Below are positions 24,635-40,600 of a DNA stretch of 64,000 bases, piece by piece. The DNA is from the human T2T-CHM13v2.0 reference genome, Homo sapiens, in NCBI RefSeq assembly GCF_009914755.1, contig NC_060936.1. The stretch is one strand, 5' to 3'. A model generated the notes under the pieces. That model made no database searches. It worked only from the letters and a program-made list of their open reading frames with translations, and was not told where the DNA came from. Every line of letters starts with the position of its first letter. The stretch's first letter is position 1. The translations under genes and the position numbers were made by a program.

Positions 24635-26769
24635 ATATAAAGAAAAAGACCAGTGTGGACAGGTGCATGGGATATAGGAAGTACATGGAATTAAAATTAC
24701 TGCTGAAATTACTTAAAAATTGAGGAACCTTGGCATATGAAAAATGATTATTTCAATAAAATGAGTGGGACAATGGAAAAAATAAAAACAAAAATAAATA
24801 CTTTAAAATCATATTGCTATAATCTCTGTCATCTATCTGTATGTATGTATCCCCCACACATATTATTTAATATTTAGTGTCATGCAAAAGTTTTCAGTTA
24901 AATTTATTGTGTCTGATCTGTTTATTAGAAGCCAACATGATGAATGATGCAGATTAGACTATTTAGATATTCAGGGAGCTCCTGTAATCAATTTGGAAAG
25001 ATTCCCAAAATTTAGTGATGTTTTAGAATATCCACAGCACATGAAAAGCCCATAGCATAGTTTCATTAACTTCATAAAACTTTTGGCATCAAATTATCTT
25101 AGATCTGAATTTTTAAAGTTATAAAGATGAAGATAGCCATGAAGAATATCTAAATTGAGATATATAATATAATACCCAAGTGAAAATGTTTCCTATGACA
25201 ATATTTTACAAAGAATAAGGGAACTAAAGTGTACTCTAAACAAATATTTAAAGAAAAAGAAAGGATACAAATAGAAAAATCAGTTGTATTTTTAAATTAT
25301 GGACTGAAATTAGAAAACAATAATCTCACTCTTATTTCCCCCTAGTCTGAGGATATTGTCATCAAAAATGTTTCTAGAAATTAATGGAATTCCACAGGCT
25401 CAAGATTGGTCAGCACTGCCTATGGGAAAATCAGAAAAAAAGAGCCTGTCTTTATTTTTAAAATTTAATCGTTATTTCTCCTATGATTCTTCTGAAACTT
25501 AATCAATACTTCAAACCTCAGTAAAGCCTCATCTCATCTTGACTCACCATTTCTATAGATGTACATAATAACAGTTGTTTTAGAGAACATTTTTTTCTAA
25601 ATGTTCATGCTGCTAAATTACTGTGGAAATAATTTAATTCAAAGAGTAGTTGCACTTAGGAAAGGCAGAGTGCTCAGCTGGCATTTAGTCAAAAGCCTAC
25701 TATAGTAGCTGCTTCTTTCAGGCTCCATTGTAATCTCAGCCTCCTCACATATTTAATGGATACTGGAAGTAAAATAAATATAGGTTTATTTGATGAGTGC
25801 CTCTTGGGGTTTTCAAATGAAAGGAACAAAAGGCATCCTAGTCTTCATTGCCTCATCAACTATTTCCAAAAAAATACAGAGAATGAGATTGTTGAATATA
25901 ACTTTCCTTTATTGCAAAACTGAGCTATATTGTTTTTGAAATATTAACTTTCCTATTCCATAATGAGTTTTTACTTTAAATTAAAAAGGATCACTTCACT
26001 TCAATTTCATTGATTTATTTAACATGATTTTGTGGTCACAGAAAATTGCACTCTTGTGTTCTGATTCTCCCAATCTTATTTTTTTTAAGGATCAACTATT
26101 CTGAGATGAAAGTTTTACCTTATATATTCAACTAAGCCTTAAAAAAAAAAACTTTAGTCACTTGCTTTTTTTCTGTATTTAACCAAACACAGAAACAAGT
26201 TCTACAAACTTTCAGCCCTTTATATATCAGGTGGTAGGAAGAAATTCAGATCACCATGTCTTTGCTCAAATGTATAGGCAATGCAGTCACTAAGAGCAAG
26301 TCACCCTGTCCAAGGACAATTTGTAACCATTCTATTTTCTTACATCATTTTGAATTTCAGACACATACCTTAATTATATCTATCTTGTTTCAGTAATGAG
26401 AAAGGAGATCTGAAGACAGAAGAAATATTATGCAGTTTCGCAGAGATATCAACAACGTTGGTTGCCAAGAGACAGTTTTTCTCAAGCTCCCAAATGAAAT
26501 GGAGTCTTGGGCACCAAAAATTGTCACAACACATTTTAAGAAAAGCGCACATAATTCTGACACACGAATGAAAGTTTGCCAATGAATCAAACAGGACTAC
26601 ATGAAAGTAAATTTGATATTGTTGCACATTAATTACAACATTTTAAAAATTAAAGATTTTTTTGGCCTTCTTTCTCTTCCCATCTCTATTACCTAGTAAT
26701 GTCTAACCTTTGTGTGCACCTGGGCTAAAGACTTAATGTATAATAGAAAATCTTATTTGATATACAAAA

Positions 26770-26920
26770 TGACCTAGTGATGAAGATACTATTATAATTA
26801 CCATTTTACAGATTAATTTTGCCGAAAATCACACAGGATCATAGTGTCATTCATGAGGAAGCATTGAATTCAATTGAACAAAGTTGATTTTCAGAATTCA
26901 AACTCTCAATTACTTCATTG
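26770..26920 (-). mobile_element. MIR fragment
   Basis: ATTACCATTTTACAGAT..AAAATCACACAG..GAATTCAA. Confidence 0.5.
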
Positions 26921-28532
26921 TATTGATCAGACTTGCAAAGACATATAGCGTTTTACAGATACCATTTTAGATTAGTAAATAAAATAATTGTTGAATAAAA
27001 TTTATGAATTTCAAAAGATCTGCTAAATAGTAAATACATTCTCTTTATATTATAGTTTTGAAATTATAACAATAATAGATTAATGTATTTTCATGTAAAA
27101 ATTGGAAGTATTAATATGATGAAAAACCTTTTGAAAATATTTCCCTGTACAACTCTGTGCATTACTCATGGTCAACATATTTAAAGCAAACAATTTATTT
27201 GATCAAAGGTTTGTTAGCAGAAATTCTGGAGATCTCTAGGGAATTCAGGAATGTACCCACAGTGAACTGTACTAGGCTATTTCATTACTGGATTTATTGT
27301 CTGTTGCATTGCATACATTACCAAGTGTTCTTGGACAATGTGGGGTGGTCACTGGTAGATGTCTAGATTATACCAAGTATAGGGCTACTTTTATCTTATT
27401 TACTTGGAGAAATGTGTGCTTCTACAGAGTTGAGTTACTCTAAGTCACTCAGACATTACTATTTGCAATTGTGCATATGCTGATGTGGCACTAAGACAAG
27501 CAAGTATCCTAACTATTCTGATGTCATATATTATAAGATTTGCTAATATATTCTTCTCCTTTGTAGCTTGATATTTGCTGGCTGAACATACAGGAAAAAG
27601 CTGATACTTATTAACATAAATTTAAGAATTTTTTAATCAAAAGAAACTGTAAAGTAGAAGTTTCAAGAATATGTAAATAATTCTGACAAGTAAATAAACT
27701 CCATCACAAAAGGGATGTTTACCAATCACAATAAAGGGAAATTAGAAACCACCTCAAAAATGTAGAAGAAATTAATTCATATAATTGGTTATGTTTTTGA
27801 AATTAGATAATTCTCTGGTATGTAGGACTGAATTATAATGAAAGAGGAATTTAAAGCCTGCAAAATGGAGTCAATGAGCTAATCAGAGGAAACTATAGAA
27901 TTCTAACTACAATTATTAACAATAAGAAAGATTGAGAACAAGCTAAATTTCCACTAACTGGAAAAACACAATAAAAATAGAATAAAAATGAGCACATGTG
28001 AAAATATGGATGGAAAATTTAATTCAGAAATCAGATATTAATTTCATATAACCAAATTAAATTGACTGATACATTTAAATAACTTAATTATTTTTAAAAA
28101 GAAAATACATATAATCCCCTTCACCAAAAAAGAAGCCAAAATTTATATATTAAAAAGAAAAAACACTTGGGAAATAAACAGCTCATTTTGAAATAACCCA
28201 TGGTTAAATAAAAAGTCTCAAAAGAAATTAAAAATGCATTGAACTAAACAAAAATGAAAATGTATTACTTCAAAATTTGTGTGACACAGCTAAAGTTACA
28301 TTGTGTGGAAAATCTTTAAAAGCATATTCATACATTTGAAAAGAGGCAAGGTTTCAAATTACTAATTTCAACTCCCACCTCAAGAATCTAAAAAATGGAC
28401 TGCAAAAATAAACTCAATTAAGTAGAAGAAAGGAAACAATAACAATAAGAACAGAAATAAATGAAATTAAAAACAGGTCACAGATATAAACATTAATAGA
28501 ACAACTGCTTCTTTAAAAATATCAATAAAGTT

Positions 28533-30191
<1,659 letters not shown>

Positions 30192-31144
30192 ATTAATAAA
30201 GTTGATAAATTTCTATCAACATTGGTAACAAAAAAGAGAAAAGACATGAATTACTAATATCAATAATAAAATAGAGAATATGACTATGAGCCATGAAAAC
30301 ATTGCAAGAATGATAGGAATTATTATGAACAACTCTAAATGTACAAATTTAACACTGTAGATTAAATGAACCAAGGTATTACAACTCATTCAATCTCAAA
30401 TAGATAATTTGAATAACCCTAAAAAAATAAAGACACTGAAATTATAATTTAACTCACCCCTTCAAAAATAAATATCCAGGCCCAGATGGTTTCAGTGGAG
30501 AATCCCACCAAAAGTTTAAAGAAAATTAACAATTCTACATAAAGTTTTATAGGGAATATAATAGGAATTACCTTTATTAGTTTATTTCATGAAGTTTGTA
30601 TTTCCATGAACCAAAATCACTACCAAAAAAGAAATCAAACACACATGAAAACTATAAATCAATATCTGTCATGAATATAAACACCAAGCTCCTTAAGAAA
30701 ATATTAGCAAATAAAATTCGGCCATGTATAAAAGGAATTATATGCAATGACCAAATGGGGTTTATTCTAGCCATGTAAGCAAAGCTGATTAAATATTTGA
30801 AAATTAATCAGTGTAATCTACCATATTAATAGTCAACAGAAGTCGTGTTATATCATCAAATCAATTGACAAGAAAAAAGATTTTGACAAAGTAGAGCATC
30901 TATGAAAAAAAAAACCAGAAAAACAGAAATAGAGAGGAATTTCAACAGCCTGATAGCAGGCAGCTACACAATTCCTAAAGTAATATATTCAGAGATGAAA
31001 GAAAATTCTTTCTCTTTCAGACTGGGAACAAAGCAAGTATGTCCACTCTCATCACTCTTACTGGACATAACTCAAAATTCTAGCCAATAAAATCAGTCAA
31101 GAAAATAAAATAAAAGCCATGAAGATTAGAAATAATAAATAAGG

Positions 31145-31450
31145 GGTTGGGCGTGGTGGCTCAAGCCTGTAATCCCAGCACTTTGGGAGGCCGAGGAAGT
31201 GGATCACCTGAGGTCAGGAGTTTGAGACCAGTCTGGCCAACATGTCGAAACCTTGTCTCTACTAAAAATACAAAATCAGCAGGGCATGGTGGCGCATGCC
31301 TGTAATCCCAGATACTCATGAGGCTGAGGCAGGAGACTCGCTTGAGCCCACGACGTGAGGTTGCAGTGAGCCCAGATTGTGTCACTGCACTCCAGCCTGG
31401 GTGATAGAGCAAGGCTCTGTATCAAAAAAAAAAAAGAGAGAGAGAGAGAG
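31145..31450 (+). mobile_element. AluS (Sx/Sz-like) with A and (AG)n tail
   Basis: Full dimer; GGATCACCTGAGGTCAGGAGTT. Confidence 0.95.
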
Positions 31451-31460
31451 AAAAAATAAG

Positions 31461-31762
31461 GGCCAGGCGTGGTGGCTCCCACCTATAATCCCAGAACTTT
31501 GGGAGGCCTAAGTGTGTGGATCACTTGAGGCCAGGAGTTCGAGACCAGCCTGGACAATATGACAAAACCCTATCTTTACTAAAAATACAAAAATTAGCTG
31601 CGCTTGTTGGGGCACACCTGTAATCCCAGCTACTCAGGAGGCTGAGGCACGAGAATTACTTGAACCCAGGAGGTGGAGGTTGCACTGAGCCAAGTTCATG
31701 CCACTGCACTCTAGCCTGGGTGACAGAGCAAGACTCTGTCTCAATAAATAAATAAATGAATG
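31461..31762 (+). mobile_element. Alu (old S/Jb-like) with (AAAT)n tail
   Basis: Full dimer; GGATCACTTGAGGCCAGGAGTTCGAG. Confidence 0.95.
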
Positions 31763-32932
31763 AATAAGGAAATGTTCTCTATTTGCAGAAGAGATAATTA
31801 TTTCAACAAATAATCCCAAGGAATCTATTAAGTGTATCTTAGAATAAATAAATAAATTTGGCAAGGTCACAAGATAAATGGTAAGCCTACTGAAATCAAT
31901 TGTGTTCTTATGTATGAGTCACAAAAATTAAAAATGTAATACCATTAATTACCACTTAACAATAAAAAGAAAGAAAGAAATATTTATGTGTAAATCTAAC
32001 AAACAGGTACAGGAAATCCAGGCTGAAAACTATGTAACTAATGAAAGAAATCAAACAAGATCTAAATAAATGGGGAATCACGTTTTGTTCATAAAAAACA
32101 TAAAAATGTAAATTCTCCCCAAACTGATACACAAGTTTAACATGCTTCTTATCAAAATCCCTGGAAGATTTTGGTAGGCATAGAAAAGATAATTTGAAAT
32201 TTTATGTCGAAAAGTAAGGGAACAGGAATAGCTGAAAATAATTTTGAAAAAGCACAATTAGATAAACTGATTTTAAGACCAATAGGATTATATAGCTACA
32301 GTAATCAAGACTTATGTAAAAATTAGCATGAGGACGATACATAGGCAAATAGGCCAGAATATAGAACCAGAAATACACCCACACAAATATTCCCAATTAA
32401 TTTTAGACAAAGGTGCTAAAGTAATACAATAGAGGAAGGGTAGCCTTCCAAGCAAATATTTCTGGACCAATTAGACACTCATAGGCAAAAAGTGAGATGC
32501 GACTATACAAAACATTGACTTGAAATGGATCTAATACTTACATATAAAATTTAAAACTATAAAATTTTTTTAAAAAAAAAAAAGAAATTTCTCTCGATCT
32601 ATGGCTCGGGGAAAGGGGTTCTTGGCTCTTAGACTTGATACCAGAGAACCAGATATAATAGGAAAAATTGACTAATTGAAATTCAGCAGAATTAATTTTT
32701 TTTCTACTTTGAAAGACTCTGTTATGAGTATAAAACAATAAGCCGCATAGTGAGATAATAAATTAGCAAACCACATATCCAACAACTGGTATCTAGACTG
32801 TATAAGCTTTCTCAAAACATGAAAGTTCAAATCAAAAATCCAATTGGGAAATAGATAAAAAAGACATGGAGAGACACTTCAAGGGAAGGAATGTACAGAT
32901 TTCATATTGATAAAAAGTTATACAGATAATCA

Positions 32933-33230
<298 letters not shown>

Positions 33231-33841
33231 AAAAATGTTTTCAACATTATTAGCCATTAAAGAGTTGCATATTAAGACTATAATGAGGTGTCACTACATT
33301 CCTATTACAATGACTAAAAATAAAGTAGTGACAACACCAAATGCTGCCCAGGGTGTGTAGAAACCAAATCACCTATGCATTGCTCATGGGAATATAAAAT
33401 GATAGAGGTACTCTGGAAAATAGCTTGGCAGTTTCTTAAAAATATAAACTTACAACTACCATATGATCCACCAATTGCACTCCTGGGCATTTATTCTAGA
33501 GAATTGGAAATGTGTATTCACACTAAAATCTGTATACAAATGTGTACAGCAGCTTTGTTCATAACAGCCACAAACAACACAGATGTCCTTCAAGAAATGA
33601 ATGGTTAAATACCCATACCATGCAACAACCTGGATTAACCTGTAGAGGATTATGTTGAGTGAAAAGAGCCAGTCCCAAAATATCACATACTGTTTGACAC
33701 GGCATTTATAGAAATAGAGAATAGATAAATGGTTTCCAGGGAGCTAAAGTAGGATTTTTTTTAAAAAAGGCAACATGAAGAATCCTGTCATGAAGGGAAT
33801 GTTCTGAATCTTGACTATATCGGTATCAATATTCTGGTTGT

Positions 33842-34147
<306 letters not shown>

Positions 34148-34759
34148 ATTCTGGTTGTGATCTTGTACCATAGTTTTTCAATGTTACCATTGAAAGGGAC
34201 TGGGTTAAGTATACACAATATTTCTCTGTATAATTTCTGACAACTCTATATGAACATATAATTATCTCAAAATAAAAAGCATAACTTAAAAAAGGTATAA
34301 TAATCTCAAAATTATTAGTGGCATTTATCACTACAATTAACCAATGTACATATTTAAGAGTGCATATGGTTATGAACCTGAATAAAATATAAATTATTTT
34401 TGAAAGCAGATCAATAATATACAACAATTAATAATGGATAATAATTCTATGAATCTAATTCATTAACAGAGCATGATTTGTGGTCATCATGGTGATAGAG
34501 GAACATAGAGTATTGTGAATTCCTTATTTCCGTTAGCTAAGACACAGTAGGAAACTCTTCCTCTTATTTTGAGGATATGATTGCAAAAAATAGAGACAAT
34601 GTTAAAAATCTTAACAGTGTTCACTGATTGAATGAAAAGCAAGACATATGCATATGAAAATATGAAAAAAAGAGAAAACAAACCACATAAAAAAGTGTAT
34701 TTTCAATAAGAATCAAATGTAAAAACAAAAATTATAGTAACAGTTAAACTATATAATAT

Positions 34760-34940
34760 ATAGTATGTATTAGGCTCTGTTTCAAATGATTAACATATAC
34801 TAATTTGTTTAAATCTTACAACATCGGTATGACATTGATATTGTTATCTTTGTTGTTACTGTCACATACTTGCCCAAGATCACATGCTAGTGTTGTAGGT
34901 GAAATTTGAATCTAGGCAGCTCATACTCTGCTACTGCTTC
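34760..34940 (-). mobile_element. MIR
   Basis: TTTAAATCTTACAAC..ACTTGCCCAAGATCACATGCTAG..ATTTGAATCTAGGCAG. Confidence 0.75.
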
Positions 34941-35565
34941 TCTATTAAACAGAAGGATGGTTGACATAAGACTAAACACTTTATACTGATTATAAGAAAA
35001 ATGTCAATATAATAAGCTCTTCCAATTAAATTAAAGCCTCTTAGTTCTAACTACAAAACAAAACAAATGCTAGTTGGGAAGACACCTAAATTATAAATGT
35101 GAAAAATCAGAAAACAGTGTATAAGATATATATAAACAAAATGGAATCAGACAATACTACAATAGATACATTAGGCAAAAAGTATTCAAAACAAAAAAAC
35201 AAAGAAGATCGTTACTAATACTTTATAATTAGAAAGGGTAAAAATCACAACAGAGAAAGAACTGCTGGAGACATTTCCAGTATAAACATTATGTCGTTGA
35301 ATCATATAAACTATAATCAGTAGAAATAGAAGAACTAAACAGATAAACAGTAGTGCTGGAAGATAGTTCATCATACATATAGGCAAAAGTAAATAATAAT
35401 ATCAACAAGTTTTTTAAATAAATTTTTATTCAGAAATCTCCCAGTATTCTGTGGCTCTAAAGAGGAAAATGTAATAGTTAAGCTAATCCAAACAACTGGT
35501 CTCCTTAAAAAATTATACTTCTGAAAAATACTTAATTGATATTCTAGTTACACACACATTTCAGA

Positions 35566-35870
35566 TTTTTTTTTTTTATTTGAGACAGTGTCTCACTCTG
35601 TCACCCAGGCTGGAGTGCAGTGCTGTAATGTCGGCTGACTGCAGCCTCTGCCTACCAGGTTCAAGGAATTCTTGTATCTCAGACTCCCGAGTTTCTAGAG
35701 TTGCTGGGACTACAGGTGTGCACCATCATGCCCAGCTATTTTTTCTATTTTCTTAGAGACAGGGTTTCTCCATGTTGTCAAGGCTGGTCTCGAACTCCTG
35801 GCCTCAAGCAATCTGCCTGCCTCGGCTTCCCAAAGTGCTGGGATTACAGGCGTGAGCCAGCACACCAGCC
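35566..35870 (-). mobile_element. AluJ (Jb-like)
   Basis: Reverse-complement dimer; GAACTCCTGGCCTCAAGCAATC. Confidence 0.92.
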
Positions 35871-36060
35871 TACAATCAGTTTTAAAGACTCTGTAAATCA
35901 ATCTCCCCAACACAAATCTACCATGGAAAATAGTCAAACTCTATTAATGTGTCTGCCAAAGGGGAACAAGTAGCTAATGTGTGTGTCTCATTGTTATGCC
36001 ATGGTGTGCCCAGCCAGTTGCTCCTCACTTGCTCCTTCTTAACTTCCATAGAGCATCTTT

Positions 36061-36372
<312 letters not shown>

Positions 36373-36764
36373 AGAGCATCTTTAAATCAATGTCTGGGAT
36401 CCCTAAAGAGGACGGACCCCAATATAGAGTTTCAGAAGAAACTTTGGATCTACATTTCTGTATTTACCGTAGTCTATTCATCCAGTCTCCTTAATGATGT
36501 GTATTTGGTTTGTTTTCAGACTTTTGCATCTACATATAATACTGTATTGAAAAACTTGCAAACACATCATTTTGCATTTTTGCCAAGATATCTTTAATTT
36601 TCATCTCCTTCAACTGTTTGCAATTTGGTAGGTCTTATCAGGAAATGAGAATAAGTTACACAGGAAATTAAGAAAATTGGTTTTGTTTCTTTTAAAATTT
36701 TTTCTTAAGTGTTATACTTCTTTTTCCTTTTCTGTTATGGCCACGGTAATAAGGAGTTACAAGA

Positions 36765-37283
36765 AAGGGAAGAAAGAAAGAGAGAGTGAAAAAAAATGAA
36801 AGAAAGAGAGAAAGCAAGACAGAAAGCAGGAAGGAAAGGAAGGAAGGAAGGAGGGAAGGAAGGGAGGGAAGAAGGAAGGAAGGGAAGCAGATGGAGGCAT
36901 GGGAAGGGAGGAAGGAAGGTTGGAAGGCACGGAGGGAGGGAGGGAGGAAGGAAGGAAGGGAGGGAGGGAAGAAGGAAGGAAGGGAAGCAGATGGAGGCAT
37001 GGGAAGGGAGGAAGGAAGGTTGGAAGGCACGGAGGGAGGGAGGGAGGAAGGAAGGAAGGGAGGGAGGGAAGAAGGAAGGAAGGGAAGCAGATGGAGGCAT
37101 GGGAAGGGAGGAAGGAAGGCAGGAAGGCATGGAGGGAGGGAGGGAGGAAGGAAGGAAGGGAGGGAGGGAAGAAGGAAGGGAGGCATGGGAAGGGAGGAAG
37201 GAAGGTTGGAAGGAAGGCAGGAAGGCACGGAGGGAGGGAGGGAGGAAGGAAGGAAGGAAGGAAGGAAGGAAGGAAGGAAGGAA
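36765..37283. repeat. Polypurine tract containing a 100-bp-unit minisatellite and terminal (GGAA)10
   Basis: AGCAGATGGAGGCATGGG recurs at 36886, 36986 and 37086; units 36861-36960 and 36961-37060 read as identical. Confidence 0.95.
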
Positions 37284-37522
37284 AAAAAACCTCATTTTTC
37301 CATTTAGGAGCCTGTGGAAGGGCATAATACTAGTATGAACTGATTGTCACCCGTGACAGAGTCTAGCTAGCTACTTATCATTTTACTGGACAAAAAAATA
37401 AACTACCTTTCTCAACCTCCTCTTTTGCCCAAGTGGTATCTACTTGAATGAATGGAAGTGTTACTTGAAGTCCTGTTTTATAAAATCGTCTCGTGTGTGA
37501 TCTCTCTATTTATTCTCCAGTT

Positions 37523-37699
37523 CAGATAGTCTCAAAGTGTGGTCCCCAGATGAGCAGTAGCATCACTTGGGACATTGCTAGAAATATAAATTCCTGGGCT
37601 CCACTCCAGATCCATGGAATCAGAAACTTTCAGAGTAGGAAAAAATTATTTAACATGCTCTTTGGGTGATTATGGTACACACTAGTTTAAGAACCACTG
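37523..37699 (+). mobile_element. MER5A
   Basis: TCTCAAAGTGTGGTCCCCAGA..GCATCACTTGGGA..GAATCAGAAACT..TTTAAGAACCACTG. Confidence 0.9.
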
Positions 37700-40600
37700 T
37701 TTTACTCATAAGTTAAATGCAAAATCTCTGAGGCCCTAAAGAAAGAGCCACATTGTAGAAGGTACCTGGATTTCTGAATGCCGTGTGGTAGACTATGGCT
37801 CTAATCAGAAATATTTTTTTATTGGTCGTTAACCTTAACAAGAGGGAATGTGTCACTTCTAACAAAAATACATTTGTAACAATAGGAATACAGGAGTGAC
37901 ATCCTCAGCCTTTGGTGAGCTCGACTAACTCTTAGTGTCTGTCAACAGTGCTCCTTTTGACATCACATTATAGTTACAGGTGGGGATAGGTGAACAGCCA
38001 TCTCCTAATGTATAATAAAGAAATAAAGAGGCTAGATATCTGAATATTATTTGACATAATGATTTTAGCAACACACGATTTTAGTTGATTCTAACCATTT
38101 CTTTGTCAATTTTATTCATTTTTCTTTTATTAAAATTTGTTTCTGTAGAAATGGAAAGCTCTCCTTGGCCAGTATACATTGGTCAATCCAAGCAAATGAT
38201 ACAATACTTCTCTTATTACTACAGAGAGGTAATAATGACAGTTTTTCACAGAACTCTGAGTAGAAGGCTGATGCTCTTTTTAAAACATTGATTGGCATTA
38301 CGAGAATGTCTGATGATATAACAGTAAAAAGCTTTAACAAAAAGAATAGGAGGAAGTAGAGGAATAATATAACTCCTTATTTTTTGCTGAAATATACTTT
38401 GGATCAGAGCCTAGGTGTGTTTCTCTGCTTATAAAGACTAATTTTTGTTATAAATGGTGAGATAGACATGCCATCTAAAATATTTGCAAAGGCAGATACC
38501 AAGCTTTGTTAGGTACATTTTTTATTCCCTGCTGGAAATTGTTAGTTATTTTCTACTTGGCTGTCCCACAAAATACTATAATAGGTGTATTTTCTTTTTT
38601 ATAACAGGCTCCCACATGCCACCAAGTCAGAAAGTTCTGTACAGGACTGATTATCATGGATAATTAAGTATTGGATTCAAATTACATTTGGTTCAGTAAT
38701 TACCTTGCTCCTGGGACTTTTGGTAGAATATATCACTCACATAGTTAACAGCTACTTCACAGAACTTGGTGAATTTAGTCTCATTTTGCATGATGATGTA
38801 CTAATCACTTTTAATCAGTGATTCAAGAAAATTCTGTCTTATTTGAGCTAAGTGTAATGAAACACACCACCTTTCACTTAAAAGTAATTATCATTAATCT
38901 TTTATTCAAAGTAAAAGGAGAAAGGCCATTGCCATAAAGTTGAGAACATTTAAAATAAAAATGAGCAATTGAACTGTATTGAAGAAAGAATTGTTGAATG
39001 TTCATTGTGAGGTGTATCATTTGGCTTAGCTGCCAGGAAATAATCCTTAAGAAGTAATAAATTACAATTAGCTTGTTAATCCAAGAAGCCCTAATATGCT
39101 GTGCTCTGATTTATATAATTACATTAAGTAAAGCCACGTCTATGAAGCACTAACAGCTCTAAATATCCAATATAATTATTAAAAAATTCTCCTGAAACAT
39201 CTCCATCCTTCAGAACTGAGAAAAAATATCTTAATAATGGAATGTAAAAGGGCTATACATTTGATATTCATCAAAGATCAAATTAGAAAAAATAAAAATA
39301 CTGCTAAGGGAAGAAAGGCTAAACACCTTTAAACATCACCAGCTTTAAAATAGAAAAAAACAAAGAACACATTTTTTCCCTGAGTTTTTTCATAAGGTTA
39401 GTTTAAGAAAATAGTACTTTAGAGATGAGTTTTCAAGAAAAAATCTAAATGTTCTTTTCAGATATCTGCAAACACAGTGAACACGGCAGTTTTATTGGAT
39501 TCCAGTGAGATAAAACCCAGTAGGAAAACCTTTCTTCTTTTGAAGTTTACTACACTTGACTAGTGTCTTCTGCAGGCAACTTTTCTATATAATATTGAAT
39601 TTGGAAACAAGTGTCTTTATTTGAAAAGATTCTGTCTTTTTCAAACTCATTGTCTTCTTAACATCCTGTGAAGCTTAGAAAATATTATAATATGCTTAGG
39701 TATTTCCCTAAATTGAAAACAAGCCAAAATCTGTCAGTGGCTCCATTTCTAAAGAACTTGTTTGTTTGCTTGTTTTTCTGTATTAGGATCTGCCCTTTGG
39801 ATTAGGTCTTGAGTTCATTACTTTTACATTTGCATGGGAATCATTAAATCATAAATCACAATTTGTAAAGTTTTGCAAATTGATTGTCTACAATGGTATA
39901 TTGCATCAAAAAGTAAAACACAGGACAATTGCCAATCCTTTAATTATTTTCTAAATGCTCTGCATTTCATGGAGACATGTTAATGAGAGTTACTAATTAA
40001 ATAAAATTAAAAGTTAATTTGAATTAGAAAGCTTGCATTATGTGTTTTTACAAGTGGGATCTAAAATGAATATGTAATACTCTAAAATGGAAAAATTGCT
40101 AATTGAAATAAATTCAACAGAAAACAGTGGAAGAAGTAAGCAACAGTAGGGTGAAAAAAATCCTAAAACTATATAGAGGAAGAAACTTCATGAATAGTCA
40201 AATAAAAGATGAAACATAGTTCATTAGCAGTTAATCATTTGGGAAAACTTTTTCTCATTTGTTGATTATTGTGGACATCCTCTCATTTATGACATGAATT
40301 TTGTTTTATGCATATCTTTGCATTTCAACAGTGCTGAGTACATAGATTTTGAAGTAGCATTGTTTTCAATAACAATTTCTTACATTTTCTATAGGAAGTT
40401 ACATTATACTAAGTCCTTTCATGTGTATTACTTCATTTAATCTCCATAAAGCCAAGATGTCTGAGAAAATGATTGTCTTTCATTTGAATTCTTATCATTG
40501 TTTTAAAATTTATATTTAGTTTCTATCCTGAATGATGGGATGACTGCTTAGTCTTTTCTAACAACTGAGGTCATATCAACAACAAATCCAAAATGATGTG

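Noticed and set aside
36861-37243. Regularly spaced repeats suggesting a CRISPR-like array
   Set aside because: The intervening sequences are identical rather than unique spacers; eukaryotic DNA with no cas genes.
36692-37338. Five overlapping 142-196 aa ORFs
   Set aside because: Artefacts of a stop-free purine repeat; low-complexity translations in several frames on both strands.
39020-39037. Possible NFI site TTGGCTTAGCTGCCA
   Set aside because: Half-site spacing is 6 rather than the canonical 5; no other support.
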